Shown: piece after piece, positions 15,682 through 31,140 of the stretch | How positions within the stretch are numbered: position 1 is the first letter of the stretch | How the letters are laid out: the number at the start of each line of letters is the position of its first letter | NCBI RefSeq assembly: GCF_009914755.1 | Contig: NC_060928.1 | Direction: 5' to 3' (one strand) | Length of the DNA stretch: 64,000 nt | From: the human T2T-CHM13v2.0 reference genome, Homo sapiens | The notes under the pieces: model-generated | Databases searched by the model: none | What the model was told of the DNA's origin: nothing | The model's input: the letters and a program-made list of their open reading frames with translations, nothing else | Program-made: the position numbers and the translations under genes

Positions 15682-18379
15682 GCTGCTGGATAGAAGCACA
15701 GAGCACAGAAGCAGAGATTTGAACTTGTCAGGCAAGGACGAAGTCATTTCCCATGAACTGAATGTTGGAAGGGAAGAAAGACTGTAACTCTGGGTTCAGT
15801 GTTTCATGAATTATCACTTAGCAATCTTAATAATCTTGAACGTGCAGCTCTTCACGCACTAGTTCATGTTCATCTCTCGGGACAAGCATTGATTCTTTGA
15901 CATGTAGCTAGTCAGGTAGAATAGATTTTACTGTCTACAGCTGGTGGCATTTTTCTATGTGCTTTGAGTTTTTAGTTCCATGACATTTTTAAAGGTATTG
16001 CTGCTTTGATTTTTCCAGGACACTGCAGTATAAGGACTATTTGAATGTTAAAAGCTACAGCTGTGCACATTCTAGAAAAATTAACTACTTAATTGCATTA
16101 ATAGGTGTCTGTTGAGGCTCAGCACTGAGTTGGTACTGGAGTAATTGGATAGGCTGGATGACTATAAGTGGGGTAGCTTATTAGAGATGTACTGGTATGC
16201 ATGATTTTAAACTACCTAGGCTTAAAAATAGGAGGGTGCACAGAGATGTTTGAAAGCAGATGGTTAGAACTGTAGGACTCAACTCTTGAAAAGGCTCATA
16301 AGTCTTAGTTCACGCCAGTTCAGTTACATAGGATGAGTAATATATTTGTAACCAAAATGTGAGCTGGAGTTACCTTGCCCCTTTGGATTTAGGCAAGACC
16401 AAATCATACCCTCAATCTTTGTCTTGTGGATGCCCACTGCCTTTTTAAAGATTTTTGTAAATTCTCAAAAGACTATGTTTTCATGGTCACCTGCCTCCAA
16501 TGTCCTGCCTCCACTGACTTCTTGTCATTGGTTTGGCCTTAACAGTTTCTCTATCTCTGACCACCCATTGTTGCCACTGACCCTAGTGGAAGTGCAGCCA
16601 CTTCTTGATTCCTTATCAAAGCAACCACAGGTACTAGGCAGGTTGTGTGTAGCAGAACTAAGTATTGAAAGTGTATTATGGGAAGTTAGAATCCCATGTA
16701 AGTCATTCCTGGTCTTCATTCCATACAGGGAGTTCTCACTGGCCTGACTAGCCACAACAACTACTGAGGTTCCCACTTCTGTCATTTTGTGATACTTTTC
16801 TTACCCCTGTCTCCTGGATTGCCTCTGGGGAGTCAGAATTCCAACTCAATTGTGTGGCACAATTCAGTTTTCTCCATCTCTGTGCCCCAAATCTGCCTCC
16901 ATTGCGTATATAACACCCATCTAGTTATTCAGGCAAACAAAAAAGACAGGGACTCATTTAGAAACACAAAAGATATCCTGACATTTTATTATTCCTTTAT
17001 CAAGGCTCATCCTCCTTATAACCCTTGCGGTTTAAAATCATCCTTTTCTCCCACCGTTAATATAATACCTTAATTCCAAAATGGACATAGAGAAGGGGGT
17101 TTCTGGTCTGTTGGTGAGGAGGTAAAACTTAGTCCTCATCAATAAGCAAGTAGTCTTTCTTTGGAATGTTTTAACAGTGAGATATCACAGAATCCATTCC
17201 TACTGATCCTCAAAAAGCAGAAGACACAACACAGCTTCATCATAAGTCCTTTTTACTCTGCAAACTAGGAATCACTTGAGTGAGGAAAACTTTTTTCCTA
17301 TGGTGTTCGTCTTCCTGAACAAGGACGGGTGACACACAAAACTTATTTGCTTTATCTTTCTGCCAACTTCCTAGTGAGGCTTTTTCTGACACAAAGAGTT
17401 CAGGCAAGGGCAAAGGAGAATGGAAGCATGCAGCTATGAAGCGCAGAAATACCTGTACATCTGTGGAGAGATTGTCAGTGCCTGTCTTGACATATCTTAC
17501 ATTGGTTTACTCTTTGCATTCTCTAGGCTGATCACTGTTCCCTTAATGTTATCTAATTTTAAGAGAAATTTGCTCATTTAGCTAAGGTTTAACTATTTAG
17601 TAAATTTTAAACCTGTTATAGTGGCTACCAACCAAATAATTTACCAAGTTATAGGAAGATAACACAAATAAAGAAAGGAGCTGATTTTAAGTTGAGAGCC
17701 AAGGCAAACAGGAGAACTTATGGCATATCTAGGAAAAGCAACAGGTACTCACCAAATGCCAAATGCTGAGTGTGACACACAGGCCAGGACACCATGCTTT
17801 TTTTTTTTTTCACATCTGAGATCTGTCCTGTAGCTTGGTCAAAAAGGGTTGCCTTTTACAATTTGTTACCAATTAATAAAAACAAACAAAACAAAATGTG
17901 CTGTGAGGCCAATACTGTGAGCTTCAAGCAAAACAAAGCTAAGGTGGAATCTGACCTGCAGGTTGGAACTGTTTGACTGCCTCTTTTTGGTATAACTTTG
18001 GAACTTCTGTATGTACTTTGTTCTTCTTTTCCTCCCTTTTATTTGTAACTCCCTTCTACAACAATAAAAATTCTGGCTCCCATTTTCTTCAATATATGTA
18101 ATCATTTGTTCAAGCCTAGAATGTATAGAATGTAGTTTTGGAATTACTAACACCTACCACTGAAGAACTGAAACTATGCCTACAAGCCTGCATCTACTAT
18201 CAAGACACAGAGCATTTCCATCAACCTAGAAAATTCCACTGCTTATCCTGCGTAAGCATAGTTTTTCTTAGTGTCTTTCAGCCCAATTCCCTTCTCAAGT
18301 TTCCATGGACCCGGTAATATGGGAAAGTGCACTGATGTGCTTCACAATGAGCTAAGGTAAGATTTTAGATCAAAAGAAT

Positions 18380-18753
18380 ATTAAAATGAGGGACATTTTA
18401 CAAACTACCTGGCCAGTACTTCCTAAAACTGTCTGGACAATGAAAAACAAGGAAAGTCTGAGAAAGTGCCACAACCCAGAGGAGATGAAGGAGACATGAC
18501 AACTAAATGCAATATGATATTTTGGATGGATTCTGGAACAGTAAAAGAACATTAATGGAGAAACAAGTAAAATCTGAGTGAAGTCTGGAGTTGAGTTAGT
18601 AGTAACATATTCATGTTATTGTTTTATATTTGACAAATGTAAAGTGATAACATTAGGAGAAACTGAAACCTGGTTAAGGGGTACACAGGAATTCTTTGTA
18701 CTATCCTTGCAACTCTTCTGTAAATCTAAAGTGATTCCAAAAAATTATTAAAA
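18380..18753 (+). mobile_element. L1MC4-like 3' end
   Basis: GGAGACATGACAACTAAATGCAATATG...CTTTGTACTATCCTTGCAACTCTTCTGTAAATCTAAA. Confidence 0.85.
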
Positions 18754-18792
18754 TTATTCAAAACATTGGGTATGAAAAGACTCATATAGGTT

Positions 18793-19125
18793 TGGATGGT
18801 TAAGAACCTAGGACCTGGGTCAGATAAATTTGAGGTCAAATATTAGCTCTAAGACTTGCAAACATAATTGGTAGTGATTTTGACTAAAGTCAAGTCAAAA
18901 TCATCTGCTTTCAAACATCTCTGCACCCTTTTAAGCAGCAATAGCAGTTTTAAATAAAGTATAGCAAAAAATTTACAAGCTTGGACACATTATCTTGAAC
19001 GTACATATCTTGAACATATTAACCTCTCTTAACTGTAGCTTTCACATCTCTAAAATACAGTAATTCTTATTTCTTACAATTGATATGAGGGCTAAATGAA
19101 GAAAATCCATGTAGAGCAGCTTACG
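18793..19125 (+). mobile_element. MIR, fragmented
   Basis: GGTTAAGAAC...AACCTCTCTTAACTGTAGCTTTCACATCTCTAAAAT...GAGGGCTAAATGA. Confidence 0.55.
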
Positions 19126-19679
19126 CATATCTTAGGGCCAGGAGTCCTTTTCTTGTTCACCAACGTATATCTGAAACTAGCATGACTACATATAGTAAAT
19201 GTATAATGAAAATTTGTTGGTAAATAATCTTCTTTCCTACAAAATAAAAACATATTTCAAATTATTTTTCCAGAATCTATTGTCATTTCAGATTCTCTTC
19301 TAATTGTGACATCTCTGCAGTATCATGATATATGTGAGCTATTTGACTGCAATTTTTTGAGCTCCTCTTGACATAAATGTAGCCATTCTGTGTATTGGGA
19401 TAATATTTTTTCAGGCTCTGGAGGTAACTCCCTGACGGCATGTACAACCGCATTCTCATTTTCAGTTTCTTGATGTGGGATGATTCTGTTCTGTGTTCTT
19501 AATGACAAAGGTCATTTGGGCCCCACCATTGGTGACATTAAAGTTACTGTGTCTCTCCTCAAATTTTAGGCTTGAAAACATTAAAACAGATGGTGATACT
19601 TGGAGGGTAATTAATTTTCCTTTGGAGCAATAATGGCTTTCCTTAAAAATAAATTAATGGCTCCCTCTTTTTCCAAGAG

Positions 19680-19900
19680 GTAATGGTTTAGTAAATTGAG
19701 CAATGAACTGGGCTGCTCTTGAGCAGGACTTAGGGGAAAGGAGAAATATTTTGTGATTCTGCCCTGTCTGGTTGTGTGAATTTGGGGGTCTCATGCTTTT
19801 GGCTGATTGGAAGGATTAAACAAATCAGAGCATTTAAAGCACTTTAAGGTGTGCCTGATGCAAAGTGAGGCTATAGAACTGTTAGCCAATATAATGATTA
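19680..19900 (+). mobile_element. MIR, degraded
   Basis: GGTTGTGTGAATTTGGG...AGGATTAAA...CATTTAAAGCACTT...GTGCCTGATGCAAAGTGAG. Confidence 0.45.
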
Positions 19901-21995
19901 GAGGTAGAAAGATGGACACTGTTAACTGATCTTTCTGATTTTGTGTGGACACTGAAAGTCTTATGAGGGTATTACATATAAAGCGCCATAAGGTTCTGGT
20001 ACAAAGGATCCACTTGCACAGGTGGTATTTAAAAAACTAATTATTGATTAATGACCAAATTGCCCTTCTTGTTTCATGTTATAGTAAGTTGATTGGAAAA
20101 TATTTGAGTTTCCCTCTTCTGTTTGGACAGCAATGTATATAGTATGTTAACTACCTAAGAGATATCATCAAATGCAATCTCACGAGAAGCCCACGTTTTA
20201 ATATTCAGACAACGTTCTCAATATATTTTTAAAGGATTTTTGAAATAAAGCTTCCCACATGTCTGTATTTCAAACTTTTTATATTTTTAAACTTTGAACT
20301 TCTAGCAATTCTATGACACCAGGTATTTTGTGAAATAACATACTTTGTTTTGTTTATGTCCACAAACACATATGTAGTTATTTACCATTTGAATTCTTAT
20401 AGTTATTTAAATAATGTAACCTAATGATACTGGGCAGAAAGTCATTGTGTGATCATTCTCTTGAGCTTCTTCTGGTTTAAGCTTCTGCCAGGGGCATATT
20501 TGTTGGGTAGGAATTATCATGGTTTAGCATAACAGGAGATGTATTTTAATACTTCATTCAAAACAAGAAGTGATTATTTATGAAAAAATACATTTTAAAT
20601 TCCCTTTCTCTTACCAGTGTATGAAAGAACACTGAACTCCTACAGAGAGAATTGCACTGGTAAAGTGACTGCAAAGATATCCACACACCCCTCAGCACAG
20701 ATTGCCCAGGGCTGCGGCAACAACAGCCCTAATTCGCCTTTTGCAGAGTATTGGAGGGGAAAATGCATGTTTTTTTCACAATTATTTGACAAAGAGTACT
20801 TGTTTAAATATTTGCTCAATCCGGTGTATAAAGGAAGGCAGATATAAAGAACCAAGCCCAAGTACAGATCATTTTGCACAGTGTTAGCTTGTGACACAGG
20901 ACGGGACCCAGAATGAAGCCAAACCCCATCTTTCAACACATGAGTTAAGTTTTATCTCCCCTATGTGGACGAATTGAAAGTTGATGTCAGATCACAATGA
21001 ATATACTTTAGAGCTCATTTTTATAGTGGTCTGCAGAGTAAGCTGAATCTAATTCTCTTTGTCTTTTTCCAAACTCTGGGACAATAATTCTCAACAAATA
21101 GTAAATCAATACTATCGGTGATCTTAATAATGTTCGGAGTCAGGAAATCCTTTCAGATATTGTTTTATGAGTATAACTAGTACCTTGAGCAATAAAGACT
21201 TATAAAAAGCAGTCAAAACCCACTACTTGTTTTATTTTAATGTCTCCTTTTCTTTAAAATGTATTCAGTGGGGAAAAGGGTGTGCTGGGTCTTGGGATGA
21301 GCTTTTAGGCAGTCCTAGCATATTTCTGATTATTCTTAGAAAGTATAAATTAGATTGACCTGTGGTCAATTTAAGATGGGAGACACAGTCATGACTTCAA
21401 AATTAAATTTCAAATCTCATATATTGATTAAGTCTTCAGTCTTACTTCAAAGGTAATACTCCTGAGCCCCTTCCCCAATGAGACCCAGCAGCAGATGATG
21501 TCTTTGCCTTTGGAGAGTTGGTGGGTGTTTCTCTCACTCCCATTCTCTTTTCACAACGTGTTAACTGAGGATTCTGATCTCATCATGTTTGGAGCAGGAG
21601 AGGGAGAAGGAGAAGGGGCATCCAAGAAAGTCTTATGGATTAGTATGTCAGTAAGCTGGCTTTGTTCTTGCTGGCCTGGGTGATAATTTACACTTCTCTT
21701 TCTTTCTTGGGTGATTCTCAGAGATTTTTTTGGAAGTTCCACAGTGGAGCCAGTCACCAACCACTCCTGCCAAATAGCCAGCTCCTTCTCTTCTGTTGCT
21801 TGCGTTTGGTTTCCCAGCCACCTCTGCTTTTCTGGTTACCCTTCTATGAAGACCCTCCATTGCTGTCTCTTCACCCTCTGGCTGAGGCACCCTTGTCAAG
21901 ATCCCTTTTAAAATTAACATAGACCGACACTTCTACATAGTTGTCAAATGGGCCAATGTTGAATAGTGACCTCAAAAAAATTATATCAAAATTCT

Positions 21996-22274
21996 TTTTT
22001 TTCTTTCCCCTTTTTCTTTTTTTAACTTTTAAGTTCAAGATTATATTTGCAGATTTGTTACATAGGTAAACTTGTGTCATGGGGGTTTGCTCTACAGATT
22101 ATTTCATCACCCAGGTACTAAGCCCAACACCCAATAGTTATTTTTTCTGCCCCCTCCCTCCTCCAACCCTCCACCCTCAAGTAGACCCCTGTCTATTATA
22201 CCCTTCTTTGTGTTCATGAGTTCTCATCGTTTAGCTCCCACTTATAAGTGAGTACATGCGGTATTTGGTTTTCT
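21996..22274 (-). mobile_element. Older L1PA (L1PA13-15-like) 3' end fragment
   Basis: TTGTTACATAGGTAAACTTGTGTCATGGGGGTTTG...GATTATTTCATCACCCAGGTACTAAGC...CCACCCTCAAGTAGACCCC. Confidence 0.88.
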
Positions 22275-23749
<1,475 letters not shown>

Positions 23750-25879
23750 TCATAAATTGTCCCAATGGGACCTAAATCCAATGACAAGTGTCCTTATAAG
23801 AGAAGTGCAGAAGGAGAAGAGAGACAGAGGAGAAGGCAGTGTGAAGGCAGAGGTGAAGACTGTGCCTACACAGCCACAGGCAAGAAAATCCTGGAGCTAC
23901 CAGAAACTAGAAAAAGCATGGAAAGATTCTCCCCCAGTGCCTTTGGAGGAAGCACAGCCCTACTGACACCTTGATCTTGGGCTTCTGGCCTACAGAACTG
24001 TGAGAAAATAAATTTCTGTTGCTTTAAACCACCTCATGTGTGGTAATTTGTTATAGCAGGTAACCAATAGACAACATCTTGGCTGGACATTATCAGGTCC
24101 TGCATGATTATGATTTGACACAGCCTTCTACTCTGCTGACATAGGCTACTTTAGCCAGGCTCTCCTCTCAGATTCCTCAGGCTTTCATCAGACACTCTAG
24201 CGTGCACCCCACACTCCAGGGAGCCTATCTCAAACCCTCCAAGTGTTTTCTTTGAACATCCTCTTGCTACACTTGAGGTAAGAAGAGAGGCAGCCATGGT
24301 CACCAAATCCATTTCCTCGAGGTGGATCTTATAGCACAGCTTTATGCAACGAAATCCTATTCAAATCTTTTTTCTGTCTTCTTTTCTCAATTACTTACTT
24401 ATTCACTAATTTATCTGTTGTTTTTTTTTTTTTGAAATGTCATTTAAATCATCAAAACTATTTGTGGTCACCAACTTTGAAAATTCAATTTACTATCAGT
24501 TGTCTGTTGGTCACTTAGTTAAAACTGCCAGCTTAACATCCTGGGTTACATGCAGATATTGGCAATGTATGGATCCTACCTACCCATCAAAACCCTGGTG
24601 CTTAATCAGATAACACAGGTAACCAGAGCCCTTACAGAATTCTAGAATTTTATTTTAAAGAGGGCTTTGTCTTGGTGTTGTACACTTTACAATACTTTCA
24701 GGGAACTGTTTTATTTGTGATGTTTGTCTAAAATTTTCAATGCAGCACCTGAGCTCTGTCTGCAGATGTCTCAGAACTTACAGTGATCTTCATTCTTTGT
24801 CCCAGGTGATGCCCTCTTGACCTAAATCTTTTCCTTTAGAGAGCCTCTCCCCCCATTAAACTACAACTCCTGGCTCTTGCAGGAGAAACATTTCTTTCTC
24901 CCTTCTTGGGTTCTATCTGCATCTCAGCCTGCCTCAAGTTTGGGTAACGCTAATTTGTGGTTGTGCAGGAAGCTCGGCAGACCCTTGCTGCCTCTAGGGC
25001 AGCTGGGGGAAGACAGTAAAAACTGCTACTACCTGCCAAGCTTTCTTTGTTCTCTGTTGGCAGAGGGAGCAGGCAGTTTCCTAGGAAGAGAGATGCCACA
25101 GGAAAAGAGCTCATGGAAAGCAGAAGAATTTCGTTCACACTGAGGTGTGGGGAGCTGTTAAATAGCTTGACTGATTTCTAATCCCAGAGGCAGGCTTAAA
25201 ATATGAGAATCCATAATGGAACAACTTATAATTGCTCTCTACTATCTTACTGTAGTGGGCTTGTGTTCTTCACTTGTATACAAACTTATTCTGCCATTTC
25301 TAAATATGAGTTAATACTGAATCAACATTCTTAGGCATCCTTAGGACATTGGAAATCTTACCACCTCCCATCTCTCTTGGAGGTTTCCTACTAAAAATCT
25401 ACATGAGTGAAATATCCAAATGCAGACAAAATTCTCCCTTGGGCCGGACAACATTGCTTAGGCATTCCATAACTTTCCCTGAAATCTAAGTAGTAGGCCA
25501 ATCCCAGATACGTTATCATAAGGAAGCAGGAGTTCAAATGAGAAAGATAATCAGAATTATTGAAATGGTAAAGCAGAGTCAACCAGGTTACTACTGAAAC
25601 CTGGCCCCCCAAAAGTTCTGGGTTTTGATGAATAATATTACCGACTCTCTTCACTGGGGTAGAGTATGGACATTTTACTATAAATACTATAAATAGGAGA
25701 TAATGTCAGGGTGAAACTGTGGGCTGAAGAAAAATACTCGTTTTCCTTCACAATGATCAATGCTCTTCCTGAGTGCTGTAGTCCCCTAGAATCTCAGAGG
25801 TATCACTAGCTAAAGACTTCACCTTCTGAGGCAGAAAGATTAATTCTTATCAGAGATATTGTCATATCCATGTATAAGG

Positions 25880-26125
25880 ATATTGTGGAGAATCAGCTGT
25901 GGGTTCAGCTTGGCCCTGAGATGAATCCTTTCATCCGCTCTACCCAGGGGATGGGATGAAGTTTATTTCTTAACCTCTCAGAGTCTCAGTTTCCTCTGTA
26001 ATGCAAAGCATGAATAATATCTGGTAAAGTTGGCTTGATAATTACATGATGGGATCATGCATGTAAAGTGAACATAGAATGTTTGGCACAGGGTAGCAAT
26101 TCAATCCATGATAAGGTTATAGCTA
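25880..26125 (+). mobile_element. MIR
   Basis: Core TTAACCTCTCAGAGTCTCAGTTTCCTCTGTAA; ATGCATGTAAAGTG...TGGCACAGGGTAG. Confidence 0.7.
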
Positions 26126-26334
26126 TGACTTTATAATAGATGTTGGTATGCACAGCCTTTGGTTCCCAGATTCCCGGTTGTCTCCTGTGCTACTTCTAGG
26201 TAGCTTACACCTTTCCTCTTACATTATTTGGCAAAGTCCTATTTCAAGCTTTGGTTTTGTTAGTCCTCTGCCTTCCAGAAACAATTCTTCCCCTTCTTAA
26301 ACGGACTCATTATTTTTCTTCCTTCTTTCATGCA

Positions 26335-26540
26335 GGGAGATTCTGCAGAATAGCCATGGGCTGAGAACAGAACCCTTGGAAACCATAATGTTTAAGACGT
26401 AAAAGAGGAAAAGCATCTCATCAGGGATTCAGCGAAAGGCCAAGAGGTAAGAAGAAATTCAGATATAAAAGAGCAGAGATTCAAGACAAAGTATAATACA
26501 GAACAAAATGCATTGTCAAGGTCTAGAGAAAGGACTCAAA
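26335..26540 (-). mobile_element. L2 fragment
   Basis: GGGCTGAGAACAGAACCCTTGGAAACCATAATGTTTAAG. Confidence 0.45.
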
Positions 26541-27969
26541 GAAAATTCTTTATTCAGATCCATAGATGCTCTCCTGCCCATGCCTGCCGAGACTAGTCCC
26601 ACACATTCATGTGCCAGTTGGTGGGTGCCCCAAGAGTCTTACAGCAGAGAATGCATGGAAACAGTTCCCTGACATGAGAACTCCTCTAAACCCAGTGAGG
26701 GTAATGGCTCAAGTGAGTGCAAGGCCTCATACACTGGGCAATGAAGTATTGGCATCCAGCAGCATTTTAGATTTGTGTGTTTGCTGTACTTGCAGGATGA
26801 AATGGGCAGTTCTGATATAGAGCCTTCTCTTTACAGGGGAAAGCAAAGGGGTACAAAAAATGGCCCCCCACGCCCGGGGCCCAGGATTTCAGAGGTTCCA
26901 GAGCTTACGCGGAGCCACTCAGTAAGGCACACTGTAGGAGGAAAGTAGGTCACTTCTTAGCTTGCTCTATAAACACCCTAGATTCAAACTCATGTATTCC
27001 TCCTCCACAGAAAATCATGTATACCAGTCATCATAAACTAGTGCCTCAAGGGAGGGATCTGTTCTTCCATAGGGTTTTATAAAATTGAATTTGGTCATGC
27101 ATTCTGCCTTTTGAGCCATAGTCTCCACCACTGCCTACTCAATTTGCATTACTTGTTTATGGGCCCTATCTAGGCCCTAGAAACATCAAATCAATTTGCA
27201 AAGCTTGACCTAATCAAATCTTATGATATACCTTTGCCTCTGCAAGCTGCAAGAAAAGGTCTTTTGCTTATACCCTTTACTCTTCAAGTCTGCCTCCAAT
27301 ACTCATTTTAACTTGGTTTCATTTAGATGAAATGCTAGAGGTTAAGAATTTTGCCCTTACAAATTGTGACTGGCCTCAAGAGGATGCATTTCTTACCTCC
27401 AGGAAGTATTCACATAGAAGAGGTTTATCACCTCTTCTTAGGCAGAAACATGCCTGACTACCAAAGCTTCTCCTGTGAAAAGATGCTGGCACAAAAATCT
27501 TTTCTGTTTTAGCAAGAATCTTGCCTTTCGCTTTTTGTGCTGTTTCTTTTTCCTGCTCCTTGTCTTCATAACTGCCATGGTAACATGGGTCTGGGTCTGA
27601 CTATTTCTTCACATTCAGTTGTGAAATGGTTTTTTTTTGACCTACTGCTTTTACAGAAGGCAGCACTTATGACCCGATTTCAAGTTACATAGAGTCACAG
27701 GAAAATGAAGCCAAACTTCAGTGTCTTTATTTGTTAAGCAGTGAACTATGTCACATACATTGTTTGCTGAGCAGGTCAGGGACTAAGAATGCCTCAGTCG
27801 GGGTATCTCAGGGCCTTCCTTCTATGAAGCAGAAGAAAAGGAGGAAATGAGACTTATTTTCCAAAGGGCCAGGCTTCAAAGAATGCAGGAGCTCTATATA
27901 CTGGGGCTGGATGATGCTGACTTCCACTGCTACTTAAAGACTGATGTTTCTTATGCAGGAAGATGAAAC

Positions 27970-28072
27970 AATGTGGGACATGAGGCTATTTTGCTGTTCC
28001 CCTAAAAGGCACCAATGGCTACCAGTGTTAGCACAATGCCTGGCACACAAAAATATTTGTGAGTTAATGGAT
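27970..28072 (+). mobile_element. L2 3' end
   Basis: CCAGTGTTAGCACAATGCCTGGCACACAAAAATATTTGTGAG. Confidence 0.6.
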
Positions 28073-28538
28073 TTATTTTTGATATTTTCATTAAGAGATT
28101 TAATATATAGGGGTGGGGGGTTGACATTAAAAAGCATCTTTTTCCAAAGGAAAACCAACTATGACAAGGTTGCTCAGTAGTAAATCAGGAGCTCTGAAAA
28201 CATGATGTGAGACTGTATGAGAAAACCTGAATGTTTCAGTAATTATCTTCCCTTAAGAGCTGATGACAGATCAGATAACTTAATCAGTCTGGATTAATTA
28301 ATAGGTTAATTAATAGATCTCTCACAGAAATATATTTAAACTTGCTGCCAGTATTATTCTTGTTAACTCCATATTTTCTACTAATGAAAATATGAAAATG
28401 TATAGTTTGCCATACTATATATAGAAATGGCCATATCTTTTATCTGCATGATGCTATTTATTTGAATTTTGAACTAATGTTCTCAACCTGTTAAAATAAG
28501 ACAAATTACTTCCCCTGGCTACTAACAGTTTCTCTTTC

Positions 28539-28620
<82 letters not shown>
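28539..28620. repeat. Compound microsatellite (CTAT)9(CT)13(ATCT)4
   Basis: Read directly from the sequence. Confidence 0.97.
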
Positions 28621-30162
28621 GCAAGTTAATCAACCATCTTACCTGATTAATATGTAATTTTAATGTGTTTGGATGTTTGGATGTAGATTTGATATTTCAA
28701 TGGATCATGATCCCATACAGGTGAGCTGTATGACACCAGCCAAGGACCTGAATTGCTTTTTCATATTCTTAAATTCTTCTTGCTGCTAGTAATTGGTCAC
28801 TTTCTTGTCTCTTACTTTTCTTATTCTCCTCCTTTTTCTTCTCCTTCTCCTTCTCCCACTTATGCTACCTTTTTTTTTCTCTACAAAATTGGCATATGTT
28901 TAGATTGAACTGCCTAGATTAGGGAGAACCTCATATGTCTTAGACATTGTGCTCCTGTTGATAAAGAAATGCACATGACAAAGCTACCATACTCTTGAGT
29001 AAGTGCTTATAATCCATCTATAATATTTTCCTTATGTAGACACCTTTGGGAAATAAAACAATCCTGCCGACAAGAGACCCCTCTGTGCCAGTGTCTATAG
29101 GAGAATGAACACACTTTATTACAGAGGAAGCATTATCAGAGTTACATGCATGTAGGGTAGCATGAAGGTGACTACAAAGTCTGGATATAATTTCACCCAA
29201 ATGTTAACAATGAAGTAGAAGAAAGAACAATGAAAATCTCTCTTGTCTCCTTGAGAGTTAAATGGATGCCCCTTGTATTTCCTGTATACTTCATGCAAGA
29301 GTTAATTTTGGAGGTACATGTTTATCATTTCAAGGGTCAGAGGCCCTGCAACCTTGCACTATAAAAACAAAGTCAGACCTCTTATTGAGTCTGTTATATT
29401 TTCAGGGAGAAACTCAAGGAGGGGAGACTGAGGAGGCAGCCACTTCATTCCTCAGAGAAAATTTCATTATTTTATTCTTGCGACCCCCAAGTTAGGTTTG
29501 TCAGGTGCTTCTTTAAGTGACTTTGATTAGTCACCAAGGTAATTCATGATGCAAGTGCTATGATTTAGAGAATGCCCACGTACTCTATTCTGCGAGTTTC
29601 AGTTGAACTAATTAACTGTGGTGGTGTGTATGATGGCGTGGTTTTCAGAGATTCAGATTGAAATTCATTCTGACCCCATTACAAGAAGGAAGATGAATAA
29701 AATGTTAGATTCGAATCTGATCTTAGTTCTGTGAAGTTGCAGTGCATATAGATTCATCTAGTTGTTCATGTACTGAAGTCTCCTTGGCAAAAGTTTACCT
29801 CTTGTCATTTTTGTAGTATCATTTTTATACAGGTCATTGACTGAACTCATGATTACACAAAGATTAAGTCTCAGGAAACTCGGAGCTTTGTCAGAGCTGC
29901 CAGGGATTTATCTTGGGGGATGCAGACCAAATAATCTAATCAGAAAATTTTTCAAAGAAGACCTAGAACAGTCATATGTGATTATTGGTTGGAAACCTTT
30001 CTTTTGCTTATAGATACTAATCAGAAAATCCAGAAAAGTTATGAGTAAGAAGATAGAAGCATTCGTTAATTAATTAATTCATTCATTCAACAAACTATTA
30101 ATATTTTGTAAGAGGTTGTAATGATGAAGGTCAAAGATGAAATATAATGAATCCTTATTTCT

Positions 30163-30542
<380 letters not shown>

Positions 30543-30937
30543 GTCCTTATTTCTTAAAAAAAGTTTATAACTTAACAGTGACTATGTTCCATATATAGAT
30601 AAGTATGAAACAAGAAAGGTTGTCAAAGGTCAGTTCCTCAGTAATGACACATGGGTGGTCAGATGAAAAGATGACCTTTACCTGGTATTAGGAGAGGCTC
30701 TGTGGAGAAGGAGGCATGTAGGCACTGAACAATGGGTAAGGTCTCCATAGATTATGACAGTGGTGTGGGAGGAATCATGAGGACACGTTCAAGGAATGGC
30801 CCAAAGTCATTTTGACTGGAGCATGTTCAAGGGGTCCTGGAAGATCAGATCAGAGATATATTTTAGAGCTACATTATGAAAAACCATAGGCAAGATTAAA
30901 ATGAAATATCATATATCAGGATCATTTCTAAAGAAAG

Positions 30938-31140
30938 GCAGTGGGAAGGGCATGGGCTTTGGATTCAGAAAGCCCTGGGTTCAAATTGTGTTTCCTTCTT
31001 TTTCTGTTGATAGAGTCTTGAGAAATTACTGAGATAAAGTTTGCTTATCTTTAAAACTGGTGTAAAATTGCCTACCTTGCATCTTGCTATTATGTTTGGA
31101 AATGCTGGCAATTTATAAAATGCCATACAAAATTTGTTAT
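30938..31140 (+). mobile_element. MIR
   Basis: GTGGGAAGGGCATGGGCTTTGGATTCAGAAAGCCCTGGGTTCAAAT. Confidence 0.7.

Noticed and set aside
20600-20665. Exon-like acceptor/donor pair, and similar pairs near 33222-33236, 47931-47938 and 49596-49618
   Set aside because: Such matches are expected by chance in 64 kb of T-rich DNA, and they give no coherent reading frame or recognisable protein.
29707-29718. 12-bp palindrome AGATTCGAATCT
   Set aside because: Several palindromes of this size are expected by chance in 64 kb.
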